NCBI GenBank assembly: GCA_017654855.1
Contig: CM030334.1
Location: 744,001-808,000 of the forward strand
Length of the DNA: 64,000 bases
Source: Podospora anserina
Taxonomy: Eukaryota
Direction: 5' to 3'
The stretch's first letter is position 1. The number at the start of each line of letters is the position of its first letter. A program made the translations under genes and the position numbers. This document shows positions 38,364 to 50,399 of the stretch, one piece after another. Below the pieces are notes generated by a model, which saw only the letters and a program-made list of their open reading frames with translations, had not been told where the DNA came from and did not search any database.

Positions 38364-38592
38364 TCACCACTCCCTTCTCCGCGGAGTTTTTCAGCCATTT
38401 TCAAAACGTCATTCATAACCCCCAAGTGCCTTTTCTAGACAATTTTTGCACTCCTTTTATGGGCCTCAAGAGATATTCAACAGTTGGTTATTTCATTTTG
38501 GCTTTTCAGAACACATTAGTGGCTCCGAGAGCGCCGTTTTTGTTATACAGTATGATTGGGGTATCTCTAAATCAAAATTGTCGCTAATTATG

Positions 38593-40476
38593 TCACCGTT
38601 GACTTTCCCTGTCCGCCTCCTTTTCTTTATCCCTTTGCCGGTCCACAAATGGATTATCAGCAGGCATCTCGTATACTCCCGGTGAGTCCGGTGCCTCGCT
38701 GAACTCTGACAGATCCCGCGCCGTCCTCACGGTCCTCACACTTGTTACACTTCTCGAGTCCAGCTCCAGGACAGTGCTATCGCCTATCTCCACAAACGGC
38801 TTCTCCGGGTAAGGACATATTTTTGCTTCAACCTTGTCCGGGAGGCCTAATTCACTCACGGACTTCATTTCAGAATCCGACGGCTGCTCCCCCGATAGCT
38901 GCTGCGCCCCCCTACCCCGTTGTCTCCGCCGCCAGACAAACCAGCCAACAGCCGTGAGTAGACCAACAACCGCTAGGGTCCCAGTGATGATACCTGCCAG
39001 AGCTCCCGGGCTGAGAGTGGACTCGGTATCAGGAATCACAAGCTCCGGCCATTGTTTCCGCCAGCTATTGACGAATGCCTTGACGGGCAGACCGGTCATG
39101 TTTCGATCTGTGGGCTCCAAGGATCGTGTCACACTTCGTTCCATATCAGGGCCTGGGGCCTGCGCCAGAAACGTGACGTTTGTGTCGTAGTTGACGCCAA
39201 AGAAAGCTCCCTGGAGAAAAGCTCGGCCAAGTTCCCAGATGCCGGTGTTGTAGCTGTCGGTGTCGTGGCATGGAAAATAGGAGACCGGCTCGTCGACAAT
39301 CGGTGCCTCCAGTGTGAGATTGAGCAGTTTGAATGGGATTTTGATGGTGATGTTGGCTGCTGTTGAGTCGAGGAAGGTGAAAGCCATGTAGCCGCCAAAG
39401 TTCATCACCGTGTCGTAACGGGGGTCTGTTGTGTCCCAGAGATAATACCCGAGGTCTTCCTTCCATACAACAGGGAGCTTCGTCGCTGCGTTGGCGCACA
39501 CGGGAGGAGGGAGGTAGATGCCGGGAACTGCTGGGTTGGGAATGGCGATGATGCCGTTTTCTGATGGCTGCATGAATCGCGCGAGACCAACTCTGCTCGC
39601 TTCGTCTGGTACTGGGTTGGGCCACACGCTCCCGTCTTCCCTTTCCTTCTCTGTGGCGCCCTCGTATCCGATGCTGACGTCGATCAGATAGGTGACTGGC
39701 AGGCCGGTTGTCTTTGTGAAGACGCCTACGGGACCTATAACTCTGTTTTCTTCGTATCCCCCCAAGATTAATGAACCCCGCTGCTTCAGTGGTACGCTCG
39801 CGATGTGCAGCCCAAACGAGCTGGACGATATGAGACCGGCCTCCTTCATCTGGACCAAAACGCTTGTCCCGCGAAAGTTCAGGTCGCTCGGTCGTCCAAA
39901 GCCTAGGACCCCGACGGTCGGCTTGGACGTTCTGTTGTTGGGATAAGTGATGACGGATGAGTCCATCACATAGATCGTGGCTTGGACGTTGGCGTACCCG
40001 GGCTCCTCGAATCGCAAGTTGGTAAAGGTCATTGCGTCGACAACCATGAGGCCGGATGTCCTGTGGTTGGAGTTCAGATCTGCGAAGCGGAAAAGGGCCG
40101 AGGCGTTGTCTTCGGATGTGCCCTCGGTGATCTTGAGGAATGGTTCGGATGCGTTGCTGGAGCGGGTGATGTTGTACTTGCCACCAGCCTTGGTTGAGTG
40201 AAGGGCTACCATCGAGGCCGCCGTAGGCCAGACCGGCACAGTGGGACCCTCGAGAGGCACGAGGTGGGACTTGCGCTCATGGCTCCCGAGCAGGACGCCG
40301 ACAGCCTGCCATGGTCCATCTGGGCCGTAGGTACCTGAGCCAAAGATGTCGAAGTCGGTGGTGAAAGGCATGGAAAGAAATTTTGCGTCGGCAATGCCTC
40401 CCAAGGACAAAGCAATGAGGGTCAACAAGGTCGTTGCCCTCGATCCAGAAGCTGAACCCGCCATCGCTGTTATCAT
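38593..40476 (-). CDS. Membrane-anchored pepsin-like (A1) protein lacking canonical catalytic Asp motifs
   Basis: YGPDGPWQAV, GVLGFG, SFGLHIAS, GSLILGGY, LGRAFLQGAF, LAQAPGP, and a C-terminal TM followed by RRRQR. No DTG/DSG motif. Confidence 0.82.
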   Translation of the reverse strand: MITAMAGSASGSRATTLLTLIALSLGGIADAKFLSMPFTTDFDIFGSGTYGPDGPWQAVGVLLGSHERKSHLVPLEGPTVPVWPTAASMVALHSTKAGGKYNITRSSNASEPFLKITEGTSEDNASALFRFADLNSNHRTSGLMVVDAMTFTNLRFEEPGYANVQATIYVMDSSVITYPNNRTSKPTVGVLGFGRPSDLNFRGTSVLVQMKEAGLISSSSFGLHIASVPLKQRGSLILGGYEENRVIGPVGVFTKTTGLPVTYLIDVSIGYEGATEKEREDGSVWPNPVPDEASRVGLARFMQPSENGIIAIPNPAVPGIYLPPPVCANAATKLPVVWKEDLGYYLWDTTDPRYDTVMNFGGYMAFTFLDSTAANITIKIPFKLLNLTLEAPIVDEPVSYFPCHDTDSYNTGIWELGRAFLQGAFFGVNYDTNVTFLAQAPGPDMERSVTRSLEPTDRNMTGLPVKAFVNSWRKQWPELVIPDTESTLSPGALAGIITGTLAVVGLLTAVGWFVWRRRQRGRGAQQLSGEQPSDSEMKSVSELGLPDKVEAKICPYPEKPFVEIGDSTVLELDSRSVTSVRTVRTARDLSEFSEAPDSPGVYEMPADNPFVDRQRDKEKEADRESQR

Positions 40477-41220
40477 CGCCGTCGTGAGCGCGGTCGCCGC
40501 ATGAGATGGCGATAGTCGTCCGTGGCACCCCGCAAAAGGAAAGATTACCAAAACGAGCGACTGGGTGGGAATTGGGTGGTCGAGGGAGAGAAACACTCCA
40601 TGCGAGCAAGAGATAGACAGTGGGGAGGTCTCACGAGCCAAAGTCGCTTTATGCTTAAATTATTTCCTCGGAGCCTGCGGTGGAATTCAGGGGCCCCCTA
40701 GATGACACTGCGCCGCACATGTGGTGAAAGAGTGGAGACTGCTCCAATGCTGAATAAATACCCTGGAAAATAGTCAACAGGACAACCCTTCCCAGATGTT
40801 CATTAGGCATTGAATATGTATGGAGGGCCTATACAGACATCAAGAGGGGGTTCATGACTGTCGCGGGGCGTTTTTATTGTTTTTGAAGGCTTTGGTGCTG
40901 CATCGCAGTCTCCATGATTATGTCGTCCCCAACGAGACGCCGTTGGGACTAGGGGTTCCTAGCTAGCGGGACATCGCAAGATTACATAAGACAGCATTAA
41001 GCTGATTGGAGAGCGTTTTGGAAGGTGGAAAACGCCCAGGACAGGCTGGAACTGTCCCAAGCACTTAGATAAATTGGAGCATGGAGGTCTCTGTCAGCTT
41101 TGAGTTGCGTGGGAAGGTGGTATTCAAGATGACAGCGTTCGGTTGGCCGGAAACCTCGCTTCCCCATCATGGATCGGTAATTCGGTGTTCATATTTGTTG
41201 GTCTTAAGGCTCAAACTAAT

Positions 41221-43317
41221 CTACAGCAGGGCTTCCATGAGCTCGTCAAACTGCCTAACAGCACCAAGACCCGTAACACAATCGTACCCCTGAACGGCAG
41301 GCCACCCATCCTGCGTGCTGCCATCAGGAAACAGGCACCCATAGCTCTCGCCCACCATCACATCCCTAAGCACCGCCCTCACCTTTGCCGAATACAGCAG
41401 AGGGTTCAGCCAGCCGAGACTCTGTTTCCCCGCGCGCATCCTCGCGTCGTTGATCAAAGCCACCATGGCCGCCACGACGGGCGCGCTCGCGCTGGTGCCC
41501 AAGACCTCGCTCATTTCTCCACCCATGATGATCTGAAACCCGGACCCGATAGCGCTAATATCCGGCACCGCCCGCCCCGTGCTGTTGAAGAGCCCCACCC
41601 GTGGGTCACCGCGACTGACGAACCCGTCGACGTAGGGCTTGACGGCCTCGTCTTGCCAGCTGGGGCGGTCAAAGTAGTTGCTGAACCCCCCGGCGCTGAA
41701 GTCCTCTCCCGTAAACGGCGGCGCGACGTTGTCTACCGCCCCGACGGCGGTGACGTAGGGGCAGCTGGCGGGGAAGGTGGGGATGAACATTTTCTTTCGC
41801 CCGGACCCGTCGTTCATGACGCAGCGGGTTTGGCCTGTCCCCGCTGCTCCGCCGTCGCCGCTCGCGACAAAGGTCGAGACGCCCCGCGCTGCGAGGGCGG
41901 CGAATAAATCGCAGACTCGGAGGGCGTAGGGTCGGGGAACGGAGATCTCGTCGTCGGCGTAGCTGATGCTCAGGACGTGGGGGAGTTCGGCGTCTGGTTT
42001 GGCGAGGAGGGCTTCGAGGAACTCGAGGTAGGGCTCGTTGTCTGTTTCTTCGGGGGAGGAGGGGTTGCCGTCACGGTCGAGTTTTGTTCCTCTGCCTCCG
42101 GTGACGTAGTAGATGACATTGGTAGGGTACCCGAGCGCCATGGCGTACTCGACATCCAGACTGGCTTCTATTCCGGCATTGGCGGGGTCGTTTTGGGGGT
42201 TTATGCCGCCGTTGATGAGCTCGACTGTGAAGTTGTATGGACCGGTGGGAGTGGCGGACCGGTAGAGGTAGTCGGGTTGGTATTGAGAGAGAAAGTAGGC
42301 GACGTCGGCGTGGAGGATCCATTGTTCTAGGAAGCCCGCGACACCAAAGTTTATGGGGGAACGGGGGGAGGTGGCGGGGTTGTAGGGAGGGTAGGTAATG
42401 TTGTAGAGCTGCTTAATGCAGCGAGGGGAGGTGGCTACAAGGCAAGGGTAGTTGCCTTCGTAGGGCTCTTCCGGATCTGGGAGACCGGTTTCTTGGGGGA
42501 GCGCCGAGGTGATGGTTGGGATGCCTATGGCCCGGGAGGTGGTGGTTGGTTTCTTGGTAGAGGAGCTTGTCTTTTTGATGGTAGTGGTTGAGGTCCTTCT
42601 AGTGGTTGTTGAAGTTAGAACCTTCGGGGTGGTAGTGGATGTCCTCTTTGTGGTGGTCGAGGTTACTTTCTTGGTCGGGGTTGCTTTTGCGCTTGAAGCT
42701 GATGCTTTCTTGGTGGTGGTTGGCTTATTGGGAGTTGGCTTTTTGGTCGGACGACCTACTTTACGCGGGGGCATGAAGTTGGTTATGGGGTGCACAAAGT
42801 CGATGTAAGCACGGAGCCAGGATGGGATGCTATACGACAATGCCCTGAGAGCGGTGGTCCTGAGGACATTCTCGTCGTCATCGTCGGAAGAGTAAGTGTA
42901 ATACTTCAGATCAGCAGAGAACAAGTCCTTGACTTGTCGCGCTGTTGCCTCAAAGGAGAGCAAACTCCCCTGGACGTGGAAATTTTTGACTCCTGCGTTG
43001 GACCTTAGCCAGGATTTTACTGTTTCGATATTCTTGTTTTTGGGCTGGAGGTAAGTGTGGAGCTGCTCTCTCGAAAGATGGTGGTTGTTACCCCCAAACT
43101 GGCGTTGGTGTAGCCTTGCTTTGACTTCGGCAAAGCCAGGCTCTTTGAGGGCGATGGTGAGTGTGATTTTATCGGTGGAGGTGGCGTTGTGGTCGAATGA
43201 CCAGCCTGGTGGAATGGATTTGGCTTCGACTTTCTCAAGGATGACGGATGGAGAGGCGATGGTGGGATGGATGAAAGCGGCACCGCTCAGCATGGTGAAG
43301 AGAAGTGAGGGTAGCAT
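41221..43317 (-). CDS. Tripeptidyl-peptidase/sedolisin (peptidase S53)
   Basis: Signal peptide and prodomain, EASLD, SGDGG, GTSASAP, and Ca-site GYDCVTGLG. Confidence 0.93.
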   Translation of the reverse strand: MLPSLLFTMLSGAAFIHPTIASPSVILEKVEAKSIPPGWSFDHNATSTDKITLTIALKEPGFAEVKARLHQRQFGGNNHHLSREQLHTYLQPKNKNIETVKSWLRSNAGVKNFHVQGSLLSFEATARQVKDLFSADLKYYTYSSDDDDENVLRTTALRALSYSIPSWLRAYIDFVHPITNFMPPRKVGRPTKKPTPNKPTTTKKASASSAKATPTKKVTSTTTKRTSTTTPKVLTSTTTRRTSTTTIKKTSSSTKKPTTTSRAIGIPTITSALPQETGLPDPEEPYEGNYPCLVATSPRCIKQLYNITYPPYNPATSPRSPINFGVAGFLEQWILHADVAYFLSQYQPDYLYRSATPTGPYNFTVELINGGINPQNDPANAGIEASLDVEYAMALGYPTNVIYYVTGGRGTKLDRDGNPSSPEETDNEPYLEFLEALLAKPDAELPHVLSISYADDEISVPRPYALRVCDLFAALAARGVSTFVASGDGGAAGTGQTRCVMNDGSGRKKMFIPTFPASCPYVTAVGAVDNVAPPFTGEDFSAGGFSNYFDRPSWQDEAVKPYVDGFVSRGDPRVGLFNSTGRAVPDISAIGSGFQIIMGGEMSEVLGTSASAPVVAAMVALINDARMRAGKQSLGWLNPLLYSAKVRAVLRDVMVGESYGCLFPDGSTQDGWPAVQGYDCVTGLGAVRQFDELMEALL

Positions 43318-44298
43318 CTTGGCGGAGACATGGAAAGAAAAGAGGGAAATTAATTGTTAGACCGGCGTGTGGTTTGACATGACCCCTTGACTCTCAGCGG
43401 GGAGAGGAGGCGAGGCAAAGGATGGCCTGGGCAGATAAAAGCAGCCGGGAGAAGACAAGATCTTGTAAGCTTTCCACTGCACTTTTCAGTCAACAAACAT
43501 GTCAATCACACCCGTCATGCAAGGTACCGGTGGGTAGCAGTGGATTGATGCATCTTGTATATTACCCATACCCTGCAACCACCAAAATAGGAGGGTATCA
43601 ATCTATGTATCTTGTATTCCCGGAGCATGTGCAACCTCCTCATATTCATCTTTCCCACTCTCGGGCACATTATCAAAACTGTCCTTTCCCAGCTCTTCTT
43701 GGTCCGCTACTCAATAAATTGCTGGTACTTCGTGTAGCCCCTGTAAACGGTCCGCCTCCGAGCTCCAACGAGGCATCAACCAGCCACTTCAGCCGGTTAA
43801 TTAGCGGTTGTCCAGACCCGAACCCGGCAAGCTGGATGATTGGCCAATTGACTCCGATGCGAAAGGAAACTCGGTAGGCCAGATATTGGGGATGCCAGAT
43901 TTATCTTTACGTACCAGCAGATGGAACAAGACGGGTCCATCAGCGTTGTTCCGGGCCTCGTGGGGTTACTAACTCCGAGGATCAGGCGTTCACTTGTATC
44001 GTTGGTAGGTCGCAGTTTTCCGGCGATAGAAACGGGTAGCATGGTTGTATTGCCACCTCCAGGGTGATGGCTAGACCGCGGGTCACTCCTCCAAAATCGT
44101 GGGGAGCCTGTTCTGATCTATTTTAGGAGTCCCGGATGAGGAAGGCTGGGTGTTGAGGCGAGGAGCCGCCGAAGGGCTTTCACGGTCTCCATCTTGCTTG
44201 GACAGCCAGGAGGCAACCCTGGAAGAGGAGACCTGGTTTTCGGATCCCTGGCTGTTCTGGCTGCCGTTACTATTGTCGATGCCCTGGTCTCTGGAATA

Positions 44299-46254
44299 GG
44301 TTGGATGACCAGGAAATGGACCACATGTGGATCTGGTCCACCACCACCACACCAGCCACACAACCTTGTTGAGATTACCCCTGAATGATCACACTGGCCA
44401 CAACAAGACTAATATTGGGTCAATTTCTATGGGAGTTATACCAAAATGTAGCTCAATCACTGTCAGAGTCAGACATTGCATCTGCTTCTCGCTTGCGCCT
44501 GGTTTGAACCCGATGACGTGCGCTGCGCCGCACAGGCTGGGCTGGCTCTGGCTGCTCCACATCCTCCTTGGCTACCACTTCTTCCTCCACCACCCTCCCT
44601 TTAATGCGGGCCTCTTCCAGTTCACAGAGCCTCACAAACTTAGAATTCGAGTCTTCTCTATTCAACTTACGCCTTTTTCTTACCTCCTGGGCCTTCTGGG
44701 CGTTCTATTAGTACCTTGCCGCATCAGCTTTGTGGATAGATGCCTTAGATCTCAGTGTGAGTATAGTACTGGTGAGAGTCTTTGCCGCAAACCGTTTTCC
44801 GGCCGGCGTATAGTTCTTAAGTAGGTCCCTGACCTTCTTGGCCACCTAGGAATCCCCTACGGTATAGAAAGTAAGTGTTTTTAAAAAGAGATCCAACGGT
44901 ACTATAGGGACTACCACCTAGCTTAAAAAGAGCGGTTTACGCCTACGTATAGGCTATAATCCTATCCCACGCTAGCCGCTAATAATATTTTCTTTCCTAA
45001 AGCCCTATTTATAAATAAAGTTATATAGCCGGACTAAGTCGACTTTACCGTTAAGTATATAGTTAGTAAGGGCATCGTTTATAGTTATAAACCTCTTATA
45101 CGCTTTCTTTACGCTAAAAAAGTAACTAATATTAAGGGGTTAAAGGACGTAAGAGCAGTAGGGGGGTAGGAAAAGAAAGTAAATATTATTCCTATAGTAC
45201 AGGATTATAAAATTATTAGTAATATATAAACTATAATTATTATAAATAAAAAAATAAGGTTCTAATAAATCCTTAAATTTAATTTTTAATATAAAAACCT
45301 TTTTAAACTAACTAACAGTAAGGTTATTACTAATTTAATTATTCTTTAATATAATTATATATTAATCCTTATTTAATTAGTTTTTAAATTATTATTTTTA
45401 AAGGTCTTTACTTTTAAAGATAATTCCGGGGGGAAGGACTTTCCCGTCTTATAAAATACACTTAAATATAGTAGTCTAGGTCCTTCTTCTATTCTATTTA
45501 ACGTATATAGACTTTTTATTTTATTTCGAAAACTTAATAATTAAGCCGTTTTTTCTTTAGCCTTTTATTATACTTACCTTATTATAGTTATACTTATATT
45601 TATGTTTAATTTAATTAACGGTAAAATATAAGTTAAAAAACTTATTAATATTTTCCGGGGTAGTTTCGTTAACTTTAATATAATTAATTTTTTTTTAAAT
45701 TTTTTTTTTTAATATCGGAATAACGGTTAATAAAGTATAATACTTAGTATTTATTAACGGGGTTAGGATTACTTTATTTAACTAATAAATTAACCGTTAA
45801 AGTTTTTATATTAATATAAGTAAAAACGTAGTTAAGGCTTTCTTAACGAAGGATCTATTAAATAATAAAGTTTTTTTAGCCGTAAGAAAATTACTATTAG
45901 TTTTCATAAATAAAGTTCTTTAGTAGGGTACTATTAATGCGGTACTTTAAGGTGGAACGTGGAATCCTATATTTATTAAACGCTTTTCGCTAGCTTATAC
46001 CAGCGGCAATGTCTTTCTAGGCATTTTTAATATCCTCCTCGGTATATTTAGCCATTATTGGGTATCTGGAGCAAAAAAAAGTAAAAGAAAAGCTTTATTT
46101 TTGGTTTCTGTGGGTGGAATATAAAGTGTGTGTTGATATCGGGGGGCTTTCGGAGGTCCAGGGTTGTGGAGGGTTTAATGTGGGTAGATGGCTTGGGTAG
46201 TTCAAACTTACCTGGGCCACATCCATATGTGGTCCACTTCCTTGTCATCCAACC
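44299..46254 (-). mobile_element. Tc1/mariner pogo/Fot1-type DNA transposon, RIP-inactivated
   Basis: ~42-bp TIRs (GGTTGGATGAC[C/A]AGGAA[A/G]TGGACCACAT..) at 44299-44340 and 46213-46254, with TA on both sides. Transposase relic 46055-44453: MAKYTEED...IPRSTL HTH and LPP(H)CS(H)VL(Q)PL(D). Confidence 0.93.
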
Positions 46255-46313
46255 TATGACAGATGAAGGACCGGCAGATTTGGGCGGTGTGAGCTGAGGC
46301 TAGGACGACCTCC

Positions 46314-48088
46314 CTAAGCGCCACCTATGCTCTCTTCTCCTTTCCCTTCGGGAAGTCTACCATCTTGACCAGGCTGTTCCGGCGCCATCGCCGACTCGAC
46401 ATCCATATCTCGGGGCTTGGACTGTATCCCCCACGTCTTGTCCGTGGCTATCTGGTCGCCAACCTTCTTCAACAACACACCCACCGACACAGGGCCAATG
46501 ATGGTATTGAGCACAATGGCCCAAACGCCAACCACAAACGCCTTGCGCGTTAGGAAAGGCGTCTCGTTGAGGCCGATCTGGATGATCAGCAGCCCGATCT
46601 CCCCGCGCGCGATCATGGCCGTGCCGAGCAGCGTCGCCGGCGCCCAGCTCGCGCGCGCGGCCTTCCGCGCTCTCATCCTCTCGTGCGCAGGCGGTGCTGG
46701 CTTGGGAAATCCCACAGCTGAGAACATGTCCCAAGCTGGGACGACCAGACCAACGACCAGCTTGCTCAAGACCATCAGGATGGTGAAAACCACCCCTTTC
46801 CAGATCACCTCGCCGGTCCAGAGCTCTCCAAACGGGATCGCGAAGCCGATGCTGGCGAAGAATAAGGGCTGTAGGATGAACTTTTGGGGCCCACTGAGGT
46901 AGTATTCGAATGTGGTCACAAAGGAGGTCGTTTCTGGCTCAGAGGGGGTCTTTTCCCTGCTAGGCATGCTGCTGAGGAATGCGCCGGCGAGAAAGGCTCC
47001 AAACAGCATTGATGCGCCTGCAAAAGCGGCTATGGCCAGAAAGGCACACAGAACAACCGTCATCAGGAGAATGTTGGAGGTATTCTTTGAACTTTGACAG
47101 GGCTTCTCCAGAAACCGGCGAAACAGAGGACCTGCGACAAATATGGCAACCAGCGGGGTCAAGATTGCGAGCAAGCCACTTGCCAGCACCGGTCGGCCAA
47201 TGATCCATCCAAGGTTGACATCACCATCTTCTGCTATACCCCGAAGCTGGTGGATGACGCTCACTAAGACGAGGCCACAAACGTCATCGAGAACCGCGGC
47301 GCTGATGAGAATGGTTCCGATGCGAGTTTGAGAGTAGTCAGTATCGTTGGAGGCACTGTTGATGACAACGAAAGTGGTGCCGAGTGAGGTGGAACAGAGA
47401 GCCGTGCCGACGATAAAGGCTTCCAAGGGGGCTGGTGAAGTTAGGTTCGGTATGTCAAGACTGATGGAACACTTGAAGGGGAACTAACCATGACCGAAAC
47501 CAGCATACAACAGGGCAAAAGACAAGGCGATGGGGGTAAGAACTCCAAGGAGAGCGGCGATGATGCTCACGATAAAATTTTGTCGTAGGAGATCCAGTCG
47601 AATTGTGAGTCCGCCTGTGCACATCTTAGCACTTCTCAGGAGATTTGCAGGAATAGAAAACATACCTTCAAAGGTGATCAGCAGCAGACCCACGTATCCC
47701 AGGGCCAAAAACGTCTCCCGCCAGTTGATCTCGAGGATATTGGCCAAGGGGACACCGTAGACAAGACCAACGATAATTTGACCAATTAGGCCCGCGCGAA
47801 ATATCTTGTCGGCTAGCCAGTCGGACAGGGCTAGGAAGAGAAAGAAGGAGACGAGGATGAGAATCTCGATGACTGGTACATTTGGTTAGTCACTTCATAT
47901 GCTTGTTATTCGATGGTGGTCGAAGAGTGAAAGAAAATAACCGAGAAGTTTTTTTCACGTCAAATCTGTCAAGAAATGCGATATATATATCAAATGTGAC
48001 CAGAAACGCGTTAGACGGATGATGAACACGTACCATGAGGCTCATGATACGCCTGGAAATCTCCATCGGTGCCTCCTTCGGCCGCCAT
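46314..48088 (-). CDS. Cation/H+ antiporter (Na+/H+ exchanger family), 3 introns
   Basis: GLLLITFEGGL, STSLGTT, AAVLDDV.GLV, FFASIGF, MIARGEIG and many TM segments. Confidence 0.88.
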
Positions 48089-48531
48089 TGCTGCCCTGTC
48101 TGAGGGTCAAGATAAACGTCGAAGTAATATCAAGATGTGTCGCTTCGATTTGATCAAGTCTTGAAAAAGGAACGAGTCGTGAGAGTTGTGATCGAAAACC
48201 TCGGTTTGGTAGTAAAAAGGGGTGAAAAGTCGGAAGTTGAGGCTTGGCAGATGTCAAAATAGTCAATCGGGCCCACTGTTAAGGAATTAATATCTTGGCA
48301 GTAGGACGTGGGCCACTGGGTCCGGGCAACTCACCCTCGTACAACAACAGAATTGACACCTTTTTGGACCCCATACCCAATTTGACAGCAGATCCCACTC
48401 AGAAGATGGTTGCTTTGATCGTGCCAAGGATTACTTGGACCCTGGGAATAGTAGTCAACTTAGAACAATAAACAATAACAATAACGATGCCTGCGTAGCC
48501 CTGTGCTAAAGGCTTATTTTAGTAACGTATA

Positions 48532-48633
48532 TTATAAGCGAGTGACCCATATAAGCGAGTGACCCATATAAGCGAGTGACCCATATAAGCGAGTGACCCA
48601 TATAAGCGAGTGACCCATATAAGCGAGTGACCT
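48532..48633. repeat. 17-bp tandem array in left TIR
   Basis: ATATAAGCGAGTGACCC x6, contiguous. Only two inverted copies occur at 61182-61215. Confidence 0.95.
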
Positions 48634-50399
48634 ACTTCCCACCACACCGTAACAAACTATCCTCAATTATACCGCAACAACACTAGGAAGCAACTACAAC
48701 TATATTAAAAGCAGCTGAATCAGACTCTTTTGTAACCTCCTGGCACGTACGGATATTATGGCCAGGCTTGCCGCACACACCACAGCACCGAACCTTCGTA
48801 CGAGGCCCCCCTGCTCTACTGCTATCCGGCTATATTTCTTCCACTGCCTCCCCACTTACGGCCTTCTGATCCAGTAGATCCTGTGCCTCTTGTATAGTAA
48901 GTGACCCTCCAAGCCTCACACGTGTTTTTTTGGCTCTCCGGCGTTTACTTAGTACTTTATTAGCCTTACGGAGCGAAGAGACCTTTACACGAAGGAGAGC
49001 CACCTAATATATTATAGTCGTTATACCCTTAGTAAGCTGGTTTACCGTAATTAATATTAAAGTTAGGGAACTATTTTAATAATTAATAGTATAAGTCTTA
49101 ATAAATATTAATTATAAATTAACTTCTCGAGGGTTATATAGTATCTAGAAGACCTAAGGTTATATAGTGCCGGGCCGTAAATTTAGAGGTATTAGCGTAC
49201 GAAGCTTTATATTTAACTTAAAAAATACCTTTTCTAAAACGTATAGTATAAAGTTAATACCTATAAAACTACCTTATATATTCTTTTTTATTATAAAAGC
49301 GAAAAAGGCTTTACGGAAGGTATAGAGGAACTTAAGGTTACTTATATAATTAATATATATACGTATTAAGTCCTCGATCTAACGACTATACGTTTATTTT
49401 AGTAGCCTAAAGTAATTAATATCGAGTAATTAGAGAAGGTAGGAGGAGTATAAAAGTATATAGAGCGTAATAATATTATTTTATTAACAGTAACATTTAA
49501 ATTTAATCGAATAATAATTTTTATAACCGTCGAGAATTAATACTTATTATTTACTTTTTTATACGAAATACTATATAATAATCGAAATACTTAATTTAAT
49601 TTAAGCCTATTATATTAATAATTTAACTATTATCGGTAATTATAATACGCTAGGTAAACGGTAGGTTATACTTAGTATATTAGTTAGTAAAGTAGTATTA
49701 CGCGGCTAAAATAATAAACGCAGGGATAACTTAATTAAAAGTATTAGCTTTTTAAATTACCGTTACCTATTTACAGTTATTAAGCTAGGCTAATTTTGCT
49801 TTACTAAAGCCGTTCGAGATAGTAATTACTATACCCGCGAAAATAATACTTATTATAAACCTAGTCTCGTCGTAGTTATAAATATCATTATTTATAATAC
49901 CGTATAACGAACTTCTATACAAAACCTTTAAAAGGGATATTAGTTAAAAGTAACTTCTAATAATTAATTTAGTATAGCTAAATAGTGTATAATAAAATAT
50001 TTTAATTATAATAATTAAAATACCACGATTATAATTTATATTATATATTATAGAACTATTTATCTATATTAGCCAGTTCCTCCATATATATAGATTAGTA
50101 GACCGTGGACCGTTAACTTATAAACGGTCCTCGGTCTACTCTTAATTGGCCGATATTAGACCGTGGATCGTAAGCCCCGCCGCGGTCCCCGGTCCTTATT
50201 TTATTAGTCCGTTTCGTCCGCTTAGACCGTAAGCCCCGCTCGATCGCTCGGTCTAGCCCTAATTGATCGTTATAGCCCTACTGTTTTCTAGAACCGTAAA
50301 ATAATACTCCCTCTCTAAGCCGAAGCCCTTACGGCCTAGTCTTTTTTTACTATTAATAATATCGTAAGTCTTCCCTCTTTACTTGTCTTTACCTTTATT

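Noticed and set aside
48532-48633. CRISPR-like array
   Set aside because: The 17-bp units are contiguous with no spacers, mirror the right TIR, and sit in a fungal transposon.
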